A DNA stretch of 62,991 bases from Bacteroidales bacterium (GCA_038212325.1 JBBQUQ010000005.1:1-62991), one strand, 5' to 3'. Shown: positions 29,701-40,600, counted from the first letter of the stretch. Numbers and translations: made by a program. Notes: generated from the sequence alone by a model not told the origin.

Positions 29701-32700
29701 CGGGCCAGATGGCGTCGGGGTCGCTGGCCGAAGTTCCCCAGGGGGTGAACGTCAGCGGAATTTCATATTCATAATAGTTATCTGTGAAATCAGAACCGAT
29801 GCGTATGAGCACGGTAAGGTCGCCTCCTTTAAGGTTCTGGCTCTGTATCGATTGTTCAGCATGAACGTACATCTGAAGGTATTGGAACTGGCGGAAGTCG
29901 AATTCTGTTGTTTTATAGGCCGCACGGGCATCCCCATCAACCAGGTTGCAAACATCGAACGACATCGACTGTTCATTGAGTTTCTGTTGATTGGTCGAGC
30001 CCCAGTTGGTTTCACGCTGAATACCGGGAGGCAACACATAAGGGATCGGTTGTTTGCTGCCGTTTTCTTCAAGGCTCACTGTCGCAATATCAAACTGTGT
30101 CAGATTCTGAGTGGCTTCCGGAATATATTCACCGGGCGACAGCAGGCTGTAATCATATTTTCTCCAGTCGCCCCGCGATAATTCCAGTGTGGCAAAACGG
30201 CATACGATCTCCCGCGGGAAGTTCTTGAAAAACATCCTCATAAATCGGATTGAATTGAAGTCGTTAATGTTGCCGATAACCTTGTCGGGGGTACGGATGG
30301 GAATTTTAAACTGGTACCAGTTAACATTGCCCCGCGTGCCGTCGGCCAGCGGGATGTCGGAGGCATGGTACACATTTGTAATGTAGTTAATGCCGGGCTT
30401 CATCTTCTCCGGGCTCAGTTGAACCACGTACTGGTAATAGCGTTCCGATTCGCTCAGGGTGTTGTCTTTGTTGATATCCTCGATGTTGGGTATGGTGGTG
30501 GCGGTGGTGGGGTACCTTTCGGGCGACTGCTCAGCTGTTGGGCTGTTTCCGTCGGGTCCGTTGAATTTTTTATAGCGGTTCAGAATGCTGGCAAATTCAG
30601 GGTTGTCGTCATAGTCATTGCCCCTGAAATAATGATAATTATCTGTCGACGGGTCGACTGAAGCATTTTGGTAGGCTACGGAGTTTGCCCCGAATGTATT
30701 TCTGACCTGCGAAACGTAGGAGGTATCAAAGAATGATATTTCGTCCGTATCTCCCAAGCCATCGTATCCTACATCCTGGAACGGACGAGAGGCCGGGGTA
30801 TTGTCAAATGCATCTACCAGTGCCTGGGTCTGCGGCACCCTCCCCCAAATGGTTGTATCAACGCCTGTAATCACTCCGCTGGTTGGCAACCCGTTCTCAA
30901 AGCTTTTACGGCCATCGCGCAGAATATCTTCCGAAATATCGCCAAGGTCAAAATACAACTGCCCGCTGTTCGTGGAATCATATACAAACGGGTCCATCAT
31001 CCAGAACTCGATGTACTGGATGTTCGTGGCATCAAAATCAGTAGTCTCTACCTTGCGCATTACGCCACCCCAGCGGGTTTCGGGTGAGGCCAACGTTCCG
31101 CTGGCAGTCAGTCCCTTCGATACCGAAGTAGGGGCAACATCATAGTTATAGGCGCCGGGTTCATCGGGATAATATGCGAGGTTAAACACCGGCATGTTTA
31201 CCGGAACGCCGTTAAGCGGCTGCTTGTTCGGAAATATCTCTGTTTCCCACACCTGGCGCACATACTGGGTCGACAGTTGCTGGTTGGTGATATTTGTTGG
31301 CAGCAGGTTGGTGTTTTTATCATAGAACAACGGATCGATGATGTACCAGGCGAGTTTGGCGCGGTTGTAGCCGTACGACAAGCCTGAGCCAATCGCTCCT
31401 TCGGGGAACATGGTCGGCGTGGTCTGCCCCTGCGGAGTGCTGGCCATGAACCAGTTCCCGATATTCTTCATGTCGATGGTCGATTTGGCGGCTTCAAAAT
31501 CATCAACATAGGTTGTTCCCGATTTTCCGATGGCCTTTGAATGACCCGGAATAAACTGGGCGAATTCCACATCCACCGCAATCGATGAAGGCGCTTTGGT
31601 GGTGATCAGCGGAAGCGCATCTACGAAACGGGTTATCAGCCTCGACTGGGTGCGGTATGAAAGGTTCATCCCCCAAATAGTGTTCGACATCGGCTCGTCG
31701 CCATAGTTTACATACTGGGTCAGTGGCCTTTCGTTCAGGTTCAAAACAGTGGCGCCGACCGTAAAATCCTTGTTAATTTTGTAATCGAGGTGAGCCCCCA
31801 TCAGCCGCTTGGTTTGCACATTGAACATTTCGTTGCTCTCAAGGGAGATATTGATTGGGGTTCCTGATGCCAGGATCCCGTCGTTGATGATTCGAACCCT
31901 GCCGAGCGTATAGTCAACGGTATAATGCACGTTTTCCTGCAACAGAACTCCTCCGGCCGTAACCTTCACCGACCCTTGTGGAACATTCAGAGAATTCAGG
32001 GAAATTTCTGATCCAGCAGCAGATTTGTAGAATCCATCCAGCTCAAACCTGTTTTTATCAGGATACTGCCTGGCCATGGATTTGGTCATGGAATACAGGG
32101 AGTCGTAACAATATTTGTCTGCAAGCTCCAGCGAGGATTTAGGGTTGGCAGGATCAAAGATGGAATCACGCAGATCCTGTCCGAACGGCTCAAGCACGGG
32201 AAAGAAAATCCTGCCGTTTGACGACTGAACAGTTCCTCCCTGGGTTGCAGCATTATCAATGAAGTCGAACATCCCGTCGCCCGGAGGGTTAAATTGCTGA
32301 TTAACATTATCGAGGCTCAGAACCCGGAGCAGCGGAACGCCCTTGATGCGGCTTTCCGTGATATAGGCAGTTGGCACCCCGTTGGTATTTCCCGAATATA
32401 AAATGTTCATGGTAAAGTCGGTCGGCTGCAACTGGTATGCACCCAAAGCATAAACATTTTTCATCATCAGGTCCCATACCGGCAGTTGCGTGTTTAGGGA
32501 GTTACTCTTCAGCAACTTAACCACAAGCGTTTTAGGAGAGGTAAGACCCTGGTCCGAAAATTCACCAACCTGGTAAACGGCCGTATCTCCGGCAACCTGG
32601 TATTGGTAAGCGACACCAAGGGTTTGATCGGAGTTTAACGCAGTATTGACTGAGATAAAACCAAGCTTTGAATTAAAACTGAATTCAGTTGGAAGCAGTT

Positions 32701-34045
32701 GGCGGGCACTTTCAACCTTCACCGCGTCCTGGCCGGCGACCATAAAAAAAGGTGCTCCCGCAAGGTAGGTGCTAACGGTGTTGATGTTACGCACCTGCGC
32801 CGAATCCGCCGCAGTCGGCATGACCACCTGGAAGAAATTGTTGGCTTTGTTGGAGGTGTATTTCGAGCCCGGGTTGCCGGTAAACAGGCGTGTATTGTAT
32901 GGCTGGTACTCGCCAAGGTCCATGAAGGCCACGATATTCCGGTTCTGGGTTACCGCCGAACCGACATTGGTCACCCAGACTTCGATTTTAAGGATGTTTA
33001 CATTGGAGGTGACAACCGGCAATTTTCTTGTGGCCGTCTTGTAATTTTCCCGGAAATATTGTCCCAGGAAAAAGTGCTTGTTCTCCTCATAGTCATCGGC
33101 CTTGATCGTGAATCGCTGGGTTTGCGCATTTCCCTGAACAACGATGTTCTTCGTTTCGCTTTTCTGCTCCGAGTAAAGCGCGGTGACAGTTAGCCGTCCG
33201 AACCTGAGCTTTGTCTTGATCCCGAAAAGGCTCTCCGTGCCCCTGATCAGGTTGGTGCTCAGCGGCATGTTCACATCCCCGGCCTCGATCAGCTGGATAA
33301 TGTCATCCTCCTTGCCCTCATATTTCAATTTCAATTTATTCTCGAAGGCAAAGGTGGCCTCCGTGTTGTAAGCGATTTTAAACTCGATCTTATCACCGAT
33401 TTTGGCGACAACGTTCATCTGAATCTTTTCGTTGAAGTCGAAGTTTGTCTGCCTCTGCTGACGTGTGTTCAGCATCGGGTCGGATCGTTTGTTCGAGATG
33501 ATGCCGAAATCAATTTCAGCCGAGCCTTGCGGGCGGATATCTACGGTGTTGTTGCCGAATATGGTTTCAAATACTTTGCCCGGGATATGAATTTTAGGGA
33601 TAATGCCTTTGGCGTTGTCCATGGTGGCTGCCTCCGATCGCTCCTCCCAGTATTTGTTGATCATTGACTGCAAATCCTGGTTCTGGTACTCGTCAAATGA
33701 CAGGGTGGTCGGCACCCGGTAAAAGCGATCACCGATCTTGTAAACATAGTAATACTGGCGGGTTTCGGCGTCGTACTCCACCGTTGTTTTGATGTTCGGA
33801 GGATTCTTGAGATATATCGGACTTTCTTTTCCTGACCCAGGCAGCACGGTTTCATCGCCGAAGGGATAGCGGAGCGTGGCGGTGTCTCCTTTCCTCAAGC
33901 TGTCAGGAGGGGAAATTAAAAGACGTTGCAACCCTGAATTACCATCCGTTCCCCGTGAAAAAACCGGGACACGGATGGTAACCAGGATGGCCAGACATGT
34001 CAGAGCGTATAAGTTCAGTTTCTTCACTAAGTCCTGCAAGGTCAA
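26792..34045 (-). CDS. sprA: type IX secretion system translocon / gliding motility protein SprA
   Basis: About 2400 aa giant beta-barrel protein with the characteristic N-terminal YPF.DE....G...SP.YL.NP.N region. The listed start is a TTG. The GTG at 34027 gives a better signal-like N-terminus (MKKLNLYALTCLAILV). Confidence 0.92.
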   Translation of the reverse strand: MTLQDLVKKLNLYALTCLAILVTIRVPVFSRGTDGNSGLQRLLISPPDSLRKGDTATLRYPFGDETVLPGSGKESPIYLKNPPNIKTTVEYDAETRQYYYVYKIGDRFYRVPTTLSFDEYQNQDLQSMINKYWEERSEAATMDNAKGIIPKIHIPGKVFETIFGNNTVDIRPQGSAEIDFGIISNKRSDPMLNTRQQRQTNFDFNEKIQMNVVAKIGDKIEFKIAYNTEATFAFENKLKLKYEGKEDDIIQLIEAGDVNMPLSTNLIRGTESLFGIKTKLRFGRLTVTALYSEQKSETKNIVVQGNAQTQRFTIKADDYEENKHFFLGQYFRENYKTATRKLPVVTSNVNILKIEVWVTNVGSAVTQNRNIVAFMDLGEYQPYNTRLFTGNPGSKYTSNKANNFFQVVMPTAADSAQVRNINTVSTYLAGAPFFMVAGQDAVKVESARQLLPTEFSFNSKLGFISVNTALNSDQTLGVAYQYQVAGDTAVYQVGEFSDQGLTSPKTLVVKLLKSNSLNTQLPVWDLMMKNVYALGAYQLQPTDFTMNILYSGNTNGVPTAYITESRIKGVPLLRVLSLDNVNQQFNPPGDGMFDFIDNAATQGGTVQSSNGRIFFPVLEPFGQDLRDSIFDPANPKSSLELADKYCYDSLYSMTKSMARQYPDKNRFELDGFYKSAAGSEISLNSLNVPQGSVKVTAGGVLLQENVHYTVDYTLGRVRIINDGILASGTPINISLESNEMFNVQTKRLMGAHLDYKINKDFTVGATVLNLNERPLTQYVNYGDEPMSNTIWGMNLSYRTQSRLITRFVDALPLITTKAPSSIAVDVEFAQFIPGHSKAIGKSGTTYVDDFEAAKSTIDMKNIGNWFMASTPQGQTTPTMFPEGAIGSGLSYGYNRAKLAWYIIDPLFYDKNTNLLPTNITNQQLSTQYVRQVWETEIFPNKQPLNGVPVNMPVFNLAYYPDEPGAYNYDVAPTSVSKGLTASGTLASPETRWGGVMRKVETTDFDATNIQYIEFWMMDPFVYDSTNSGQLYFDLGDISEDILRDGRKSFENGLPTSGVITGVDTTIWGRVPQTQALVDAFDNTPASRPFQDVGYDGLGDTDEISFFDTSYVSQVRNTFGANSVAYQNASVDPSTDNYHYFRGNDYDDNPEFASILNRYKKFNGPDGNSPTAEQSPERYPTTATTIPNIEDINKDNTLSESERYYQYVVQLSPEKMKPGINYITNVYHASDIPLADGTRGNVNWYQFKIPIRTPDKVIGNINDFNSIRFMRMFFKNFPREIVCRFATLELSRGDWRKYDYSLLSPGEYIPEATQNLTQFDIATVSLEENGSKQPIPYVLPPGIQRETNWGSTNQQKLNEQSMSFDVCNLVDGDARAAYKTTEFDFRQFQYLQMYVHAEQSIQSQNLKGGDLTVLIRIGSDFTDNYYEYEIPLTFTPWGTSASDPDAIWPESNAFNIDLKRLVQAKYNRLVVEQNQGIKLTSSTPYTEYDGNNKITIVGSPTISDVKAIMIGVRNPKKSTQTDDDDGQAKCAEIWVDELRLSGFDKNSGIAATARVAVELADLGRVQLTGTYTSSGFGTLEQKQTERPMESIRTFGFDTDLELGKFFPAKSGIRIPMHFDYSVLLVSPKYDPLIPDLYLSDVLDAFDTQAEKDSIKQMTQGYTQSKNFNLMNVRKDRTGTKKPRVYDIENFNASYAYSEIFHRDVDVAYDLKKKYTGGLGYTFSVQPKNVLPFQRAKVLNKSKAFTLIKDFNFYYLPKSFTFRTDMNREYNQKQFRNKSEAIVPMETFYIKRWDWSRTFDLKYDFARSFRITLIANTQAYVNEPPGQIDATNSGRVWNEILNFGTKNSYNQAFNVAWDIPIGKIPMLDFITLQASYTALYRWVSSPVSVQQQYGNTIENGNTKALNGGLNMVTLYNKIPYLKRINQKTANTRGNKPEPPKNKNAPKQDSLNIKLNRPNVGKIILEGSLRFLMGIRTAKFTYTQGNGTILPGFYPKPDALGNNWSVNAPGLGFVFGSQNDIRNTASDKGWITTDTMLNNPYITKFTENLNINISVEPVKDLRIEVVANKQYSLTHQEYYKANSARVFGSYSPTDQGSYTISYILIGTAFVKDNGYGTSPIFERMKEYRYEIAQRYAALNPNSTLVNDSTGFPEGYGPTNQEVLTSAFLAAYTGKNPSKVNLTAFPNIPLPNWRLTYDGLAKLKIFKTWLRTFSITHAYLSTYNVGNFNSNVYYREVNGMPSVTDDAGNFIPEAQTNIISVTEQFNPLIKFDLGFLNSLLASLELKRSRNYALSFVNNQLTEITSREFIIGMGYRIKGIKFNISGVLGGGKKTTTNSDLNLKMDLSIRKNITVLRRVDEDINQISVGQQVFTLNFSADYNLSARFNVRFYFDKIINTPYVSNQYRTSNTKGGIALRFTLGQ

Positions 34046-34066
34046 TTTTACTTCGGAACTTTCACG

Positions 34067-34651
34067 CTATAACACCTTGAGTGCGTGTTTGATCAGCTGT
34101 TCCACTGTCAATCCTGTTCCTTCCGATTCGATTATTTTGTTCAAAGCTTTATCAGCAAGCATCTTGGGAAAGCCCAGAATGATCAATCCTGATAACGCTT
34201 CTTCCTTCTTTGTATTGTGTAAAAATCCTGATTTTTCAAACGGAATCAACTCCCGGGAAACCTTATCTTTCAAATCGATAATTATACGCTGTGCCGTTTT
34301 CGCCCCGATACCCTTGATCTGCTGAAGCAAGGGTGCATTTCCTTCACCGATCGCCCTGACCACTTCAACCGGGGCAAGTGAGGATAAAATAATGCGGGCT
34401 GTATTCACGCCAACGCCCGAAACACTGATAAGCTGGCGGAAAAGCTCCCGCTCTCCGGTGTCTGCAAACCCATACAACAATATATCATCTTCTCGCACGA
34501 CCAAGTGGGTGTACAAGGTGCATGTCTCTCCTTCGCGAAGCTGCGAATAGGTATGGATGGAAATGTTCAGCAGATAGCCGATGCCATTCACATCAACCAC
34601 TGCATAGGCAGGGTTTTTCTCTGCCAGTTTGCCTTTAATATAATCGTACAT
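34067..34651 (-). CDS. ruvA: Holliday junction branch migration complex subunit RuvA
   Basis: MYDYIKG........V.V..NGIGY......... followed by the HhH motifs L.SVSGVG..TA and IKGIG.KTAQRII. Confidence 0.93.
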   Translation of the reverse strand: MYDYIKGKLAEKNPAYAVVDVNGIGYLLNISIHTYSQLREGETCTLYTHLVVREDDILLYGFADTGERELFRQLISVSGVGVNTARIILSSLAPVEVVRAIGEGNAPLLQQIKGIGAKTAQRIIIDLKDKVSRELIPFEKSGFLHNTKKEEALSGLIILGFPKMLADKALNKIIESEGTGLTVEQLIKHALKVL

Positions 34652-34700
34652 GCATCTGTAAGCTAACTATTTCCCACAACCGGTTTCACCGGGAAAGTTG

Positions 34701-34708
34701 CAAAGTTA
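34701..34708 (-). promoter_or_regulatory. candidate -7 box TAACTTTG for ruvA-sprA
   Basis: TAnnTTTG match 50 nt upstream of the ruvA ATG. Confidence 0.45.
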
Positions 34709-34799
34709 AAAAAATAGCCGGAAAACAAAAACCCCGAAGTTTACAGGAAATCGCAGCATCGTTATTTACGAATTATTATACCACAGCTCCTGGCCATAC

Positions 34800-35087
34800 C
34801 CCTACAGAGCCTGGTCGCTCAGGCCCCTTTAATCAGCTCATACCAGTACTGGTTTGATAACAATGCTGCCGGGATGATCAATAAGCCCGTCAGTTCATCC
34901 AACACTTTGGATCTGAATACGGCAGTAAGTGTTTCCGTATGGTATTCATGGTGAAAAACTGATCAGCGAAAAACTTCCGGGGGTGCGAACAAGGGAATTT
35001 TCACTTGATAACCATCCTGCCGGAATCTACATCATCCGGCTTCTGTCAGAAGGTGTTTCAGGCACTTTAAGGATTATTAAATATTAA
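34800..35087 (+). pseudogene. frameshifted 3' relic of a T9SS cargo gene (C-terminal sorting domain)
   Basis: Frame A (ends TGA 34952-34954) reads ..SSYQYWFDNNAAGMINKPVSSSNTLDLNTAV. Frame B (34929-35087) reads VFPYGIHGEKLISEKLPGVRTREFSLDNHPAGIYIIRLLSEGVSGTLRIIKY-stop, a typical T9SS type A CTD tail. There is no start codon and no upstream body. Confidence 0.5.
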
Positions 35088-35092
35088 GGGAT

Positions 35093-36460
35093 TCAATTGA
35101 TCAGGTTATGATCCCGCAGGGCCTGTTCCAGTTCCATCAGCGAAATGGGTTTTGATAGGATCACTTTTTCGCGGTCGAGCAAAAACATGGTGGGGGTGGC
35201 GTAAATGTTGAAATCGTCGGCAGGTTTGCCTCCGAAACCTTTCAGATCTGAAACATTGATCCAGCTGAGTTTCTGGTCCTTGATAAAGGTTGTCCATTCG
35301 TTGCGGCTTGTATCGAGCGCCACCGACATCACTTCGAACCGCCTGGGCTTCTGCTTGTCATAAAGCTCCTTGAGCCTTGGTGTCATGGCCACGCAGTGCG
35401 GACAGGTAGTTGCATAGAATACAACAAGGGTAAATTCCGAATTGACCGCTGAGAGTTTAACCGGCTTTCCTTTCGCATCAGGCACCTCCATGTCGGGAGC
35501 AACCTTGCCGATGGCGATCTTCTTGAAGTTGTCGAGTTTCTTCTGCAGGGCCGATTTCCTCTCCTGATCTTCACAGGATGAAGGGTCCTGGAAATTATCG
35601 GCAATATAGGTGATCACTTCATCAAAATGGTATTTGTCAAAGCCTCCAACGAGATAATCGAGCCAGAATTTATAGATCACCGGGTTCACAGAGGCCGCGC
35701 CGAGCATCAGGGTCACCGCTTTGATGAATTCTGCTTCCAGTTGCTTCTGGGGCATGCGGTTGTTGCTGTAAAGCGACAAATACGCGATGGCCTTGTTCAC
35801 GAATACCATGCTGCGCAACAGTGCCGTATCGGAAAAATCAACACGGTCAAAATAGTGTTGTTTTAAAAAATTGATGCGCTCATCCTTGGGCAGGCTTGCA
35901 GAAATGAAAGGAGTTTGGTAAACTTTTGCAATACGCACGGCAAAGGAGTTGGGGTATAACCTTACCAGCGAATCAAGAAATTGCTGCTGCAGCTTCTGAG
36001 TGTTCTCGAATTCATGCGCAACAGATGCGTTGAATGCATCCTTGATCGGGTAATAGTCAACAACAGGCATCAGCAACTGCAGCTTCGACTGGTTGATCCG
36101 GTCAAGCCTGAGGCAGGCCAGATTTATTTCATTTTCACGCGAAGAGATGATCCGTAGGCTGTCGTCGGGGCTGACGGCTGTTGTGACAAACTTTACATTT
36201 TCCTGGTTCCACACCAGGTCGGTCAGCCCCTCCTTGCTCCATTGCACCCTGTACATCCCCGGAAGGCGATTGCTGATGGTAAACCTGAAGTGGCCAGCAG
36301 AATCAGAGATCGTTGAATCGATCGACTTTGTTTTCTCCCCAAAGATGCTCATCAGGAAGACCATTTTTCCGCCATGGTTGAGGATGGTGCCCTCAATGGT
36401 GTTCTGAGCCTGAACCAGGCCCGAAACCATAAGCAAAGCAATACACAGAAACCGAGTCAT
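35093..36460 (-). CDS. TlpA/AhpC-like thioredoxin-fold lipoprotein with large N-terminal domain
   Basis: The C-terminal thioredoxin fold carries the CxxC motif (ATTCPHCVAM). Signal peptide MTRFLCIALLMVSGLVQAQ. The start was trimmed to the ATG at 36460. Confidence 0.8.
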   Translation of the reverse strand: MTRFLCIALLMVSGLVQAQNTIEGTILNHGGKMVFLMSIFGEKTKSIDSTISDSAGHFRFTISNRLPGMYRVQWSKEGLTDLVWNQENVKFVTTAVSPDDSLRIISSRENEINLACLRLDRINQSKLQLLMPVVDYYPIKDAFNASVAHEFENTQKLQQQFLDSLVRLYPNSFAVRIAKVYQTPFISASLPKDERINFLKQHYFDRVDFSDTALLRSMVFVNKAIAYLSLYSNNRMPQKQLEAEFIKAVTLMLGAASVNPVIYKFWLDYLVGGFDKYHFDEVITYIADNFQDPSSCEDQERKSALQKKLDNFKKIAIGKVAPDMEVPDAKGKPVKLSAVNSEFTLVVFYATTCPHCVAMTPRLKELYDKQKPRRFEVMSVALDTSRNEWTTFIKDQKLSWINVSDLKGFGGKPADDFNIYATPTMFLLDREKVILSKPISLMELEQALRDHNLIN

Positions 36461-36467
36461 GAATATA

Positions 36468-37595
36468 TTATTTTCTTCTGATTTTCTTCTCCGGAATTGC
36501 CGGTCCAAGCAGTTCTTCCAGCTTTTTCATCAGGTCTTCCCCCCGCAGGTTGCGGGCAACGATTACCTGATCCTTGTCGAGAAGCACATTCGCAGGGATG
36601 GAGTTAACGCCATAAAGTTTGCCGGCAGCATTTGCCCAGCCTTTCAGGTCAGATACATGGGTCCAGCTGAGGTTGTCATCCTTCACAGCCTTGAGCCACT
36701 TCTCGCGGTTCTGATCGAACGAACAGCCAAGAATGTTGAACCCCTTTTTACTGTATGCCTGGTATGCCTTCACCACGTTCGGGTTTTCGGCACGGCATGG
36801 CCCGCACCATGATGCCCAGAAATCGACCAGCAGGAATTTTCCTTTCAGGGAAGATAGTTGAACAGACTTCCCTGTGCTGTCGTTCATTTCGAAATCAGGG
36901 GCGGGCTGCCCAACGGATACACTCTTCAGGACATCGACACGTTTCTGCAGCGCCTGCATGTATTGCGAACCTCTCAGGGCCGTATCCATCTCACTTACAA
37001 TCACTTCCAATTCAGGCAGATCAAACTGCCAGCTGTTGCGCATGACCAGGTAGGGGGATACAACAGTTTTGCTATTGGCTTTGATAAAATCCTGGAGCTG
37101 CTTTTTCATTTCAGCATCCAGTGCATTGGACATCGAATCACTGCGCTCCATGACGACCGTGTCGCCGGCCTCCTTGGCCTTTTTCCATCCTTGGTAAACA
37201 ATGTCCATCCTTGCATTGATCGCTTCGCTCATGGTGACATACTGCTGGTAAATATCCTGGCTCGGTGATCCTTTGACAGTTGATTTTTCGAGGCTGTCAG
37301 GAAAAATCTGAACCTCTATGGCTGCATTTTCCACAAAAACCGGAACCATCACATCGTTTCCCTGCATGACGATATGCCATATTTCAGGAAGGTCAACTTT
37401 GCCTGTGAATTTAAATTCACCCTTTTCAAGCCTGGAGGAATCGATGCTGACCCACTTTTCGAGGTCGTATTTCTGCAGAAAAATCATCCCGGTATCAACC
37501 CCGTTCACGGTTCCTTTGATGCTAAACTGATCTTTACTGCTCATGCAGGATGCAAGGATCGAGCCGATGAACAATGCGATTGCGAATTTTTTCAT
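36468..37595 (-). CDS. TlpA-family thiol:disulfide oxidoreductase with DUF4369-like N-terminal domain
   Basis: Lipoprotein signal (LASCMS). Thioredoxin motif FWASWCGPCRAENP. Confidence 0.85.
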   Translation of the reverse strand: MKKFAIALFIGSILASCMSSKDQFSIKGTVNGVDTGMIFLQKYDLEKWVSIDSSRLEKGEFKFTGKVDLPEIWHIVMQGNDVMVPVFVENAAIEVQIFPDSLEKSTVKGSPSQDIYQQYVTMSEAINARMDIVYQGWKKAKEAGDTVVMERSDSMSNALDAEMKKQLQDFIKANSKTVVSPYLVMRNSWQFDLPELEVIVSEMDTALRGSQYMQALQKRVDVLKSVSVGQPAPDFEMNDSTGKSVQLSSLKGKFLLVDFWASWCGPCRAENPNVVKAYQAYSKKGFNILGCSFDQNREKWLKAVKDDNLSWTHVSDLKGWANAAGKLYGVNSIPANVLLDKDQVIVARNLRGEDLMKKLEELLGPAIPEKKIRRK

Positions 37596-37687
37596 AAAAC
37601 GATCTCGTGTTATAGTTTATTCTGACAAAAGTAACGCTTTTTGAGAAACAAAATAAATCTCTAATTTTACATGGAAAATCCATTTAC

Positions 37688-40600
37688 ATGATGCGTATCC
37701 AATCCCTTGCATGGTGCTGCCTTTATTTCCTGCTGTTGAATGTTGCCTATTCCCAAACCGACCCGGCTAAACAGGTTCCCCTGAAATATAACCTTTCAAA
37801 AGACCCGGTGCTTTACACGGTAGGTTATGCGCACCTCGACACCGAATGGCGGTGGGATTATGAAACAACCATCAGCGAATACCTTAAAAACACACTGGAT
37901 GACAATTTCAGGCGTATTGAAAAATACAAACCTTATGTGTTCACCTTTTCCGGGGCCCGCCGCTATAAAATGATGAAGGAGTACTATCCCGAGAGGTATG
38001 AAAAGCTCAAAAAATATGTTTCCCAAGGGCGGTGGTTTGTGGGTGGTTCATCCGTGGATGAATGCGACGTCAATGTTCCTTCGCCGGAGTCGGTGATCAG
38101 GCAGGTGCTCTATGGAAATGCCTATTTCAGGACTGAATTCGGAAAAGAGAGCGTCGATTTTCTGCTCCCCGACTGTTTTGGATTTCAGGCCCATCTCCCC
38201 TCCGTGCTTGCCCATGCAGGATTAAAGGGGTTTTCCACGCAAAAGCTTTCCTGGGGTTCTGCTTCAGGCATTCCCTTCAACCTCGGAAACTGGACCGGGC
38301 CCGATGGCAATGGGATCATCGCTGCATTGAATGCGACCGATTACGGCGGAGAGGTGAAAAAACGGCTGGATACCAGCTCTTACTGGGTTAACCGTGTGAT
38401 GGAAAATGGCCGCAAATATGGTGTCTTTGCCGATTACCGGTATTTTGGGGTGGGAGATGAAGGTGGCGCCCCGCGCGAAGAGGATGTTAAAAACGCCATC
38501 GGCAGCGTGGGCCAGCCTGGCGGCAAGATAGGCGTTTACCTGTGTTCGTCGGATCAGCTGTTCCGCGATTTGAGCGAAGAACAGAAAAAACAGCTTCCGG
38601 TTTACTCCGGTGATCTGCTCCTCACCGAACACTCCTCAGGCTCGCTCACCTCGCAGGCCTATATGAAACGATGGAACCGAAAGAATGAGCAGCTTGCGAT
38701 CGCAACGGAAGCCATTGCCGTAATGGCTGACTGGCTTGGAGGACTCCGGTACCCCCAGCGCTCGCTCAACGAGGCCTGGTGGCTGGTTCTTGGGAGCCAG
38801 ATGCATGACATCCTTCCGGGAACATCCATTCCGAAGGCGTACGAGTATGCCTGGAATGACGAAATACTGGCCCTGAATAAATTTTCCGCCGGTCTTGAAA
38901 GTTCGGCCGGAGCCGTGATCCGGGCGATGGACACCCGGGGGAAAGGGATGTCCCTGGTTGTTTATAATCCTCTGGCGATCAGCCGAAAAGATGTAACAGA
39001 AGCGGAAATTTTTTATCCCGATGGCGCCCCGAAGGCTGTCAGGGTTTTCGATGCCACCGATACAGAGTTACCGGTACAGGTGCTATCTGTTTCGAAAGAA
39101 AGCATCCGGATCCTTTTTCTTTGCACCATTCCCGCCATGGGACTGGTGTGCTACGACATCCAGCCTGCGAATGAAACAGCAGCCGGTAAATCAACACTAT
39201 CGGCATCAGCCGGCATTCTCGACAATGAGTACCTGAAGGTGACCTTTAACGCCGCGGGCGACATCTCAAGCATCATCGATAAAAAACTGGGCAAGGAATT
39301 GCTGTCCGCCCCGTCGAGGCTGGAATTTCAGAAAGAGCATCCCGAATACTGGCCTGCATGGAACATGGACTGGAACGACCGTAAAAAGCCGCCCGTTGGA
39401 TTCGTCAAAGGACCTGCTAAAATTACCGTTGTGGAAAAGGGACCGGTGCGTGCAACGGTGAAGATCGAACGTACTGCCCTGAATTCAGCGTTTACGCAGT
39501 ATGTGCAGCTCTGCTCAGGCAAGGAGAACCTGGTCGTGCGCAACACCATCGGCTGGCAGTCTCAGGGAGTAAGCCTCAAGGCTTCGTTTCCGCTTACCGC
39601 CGCAAACAGCGTGGCAACCTACAACCTTGGCCTGGGAACCGAGGAACGGTCGAACAACAATGAAAAAAAGTATGAAGTTCCATCGCGCGAATGGATCGAC
39701 CTCACCGACAAATCGGGAAATTTTGGCGTGACTATTTTCGAAGATAGCAAATTCGGGTCCGACAAACCAAATGACAAGACGCTGCGGTTAACATTGCTCT
39801 ATACCCCGACTACCAATTTTTACCATGACCAGGCAACGCAGGACTGGGGAATCCATGAGATCACCTACGGCATATACAGCCACAAAGGTGACTGGCGTAC
39901 CGGCCTCTCTGAATGGCAGGGACGAAGCCTGAACCAACCGCTGCGTGCCTTCCAGGTATCCCAGCATCCCGGCTTCCTGGGAAAGAGTTTCTCATTTGCC
40001 CAGGTCTCTGTACCGCAGGTGGATATCCGCACCATAAAAAAAGCCGAAAACGGTAAAGATGTGGTTATCCGGCTGCAGGAACTCATGGGGAAGGACCTCC
40101 CGAATGTGGAGGTTACCATGGCATCAAAAATTGTAAAGGCCTGGGAAATAGACGGACAGGAGCGACTGGTTGGCGAGGCTGCAATCAAAAACGGGAAGCT
40201 GGTGACCGACATGAAGAAATATGCGATCAGGAGTTTTGCACTGCAATTGGGGCCGCCGGTTGAAACGCTGGCCGAACCAGTCTCCTTCGAACTTCCCCTT
40301 GCCTACGACCAGGATGTGGTTGCAACTGCCAGGAACAAGAAAAACGGGCGCTTCGACGACAAAGGAGTCACCATCCCGGCCGAACTTTTCCCGGAAACCC
40401 TTACCGTTGATGGTGTTCAGTTCAGTTTCGGCCCGAAAACTGACGGAAAAAACAATGTACTTTCTTGCAGGGGGCAAAAGCTGAGCCTCCCGAAAACAGG
40501 GAACTTCAGCCACGTATACATTCTTGCAGCAGCCCTTACTGATACTTCCGGCATATTTAAAGCAGGCAGTTTAAAATACACCCTGAGGGTTCAGGCATAT

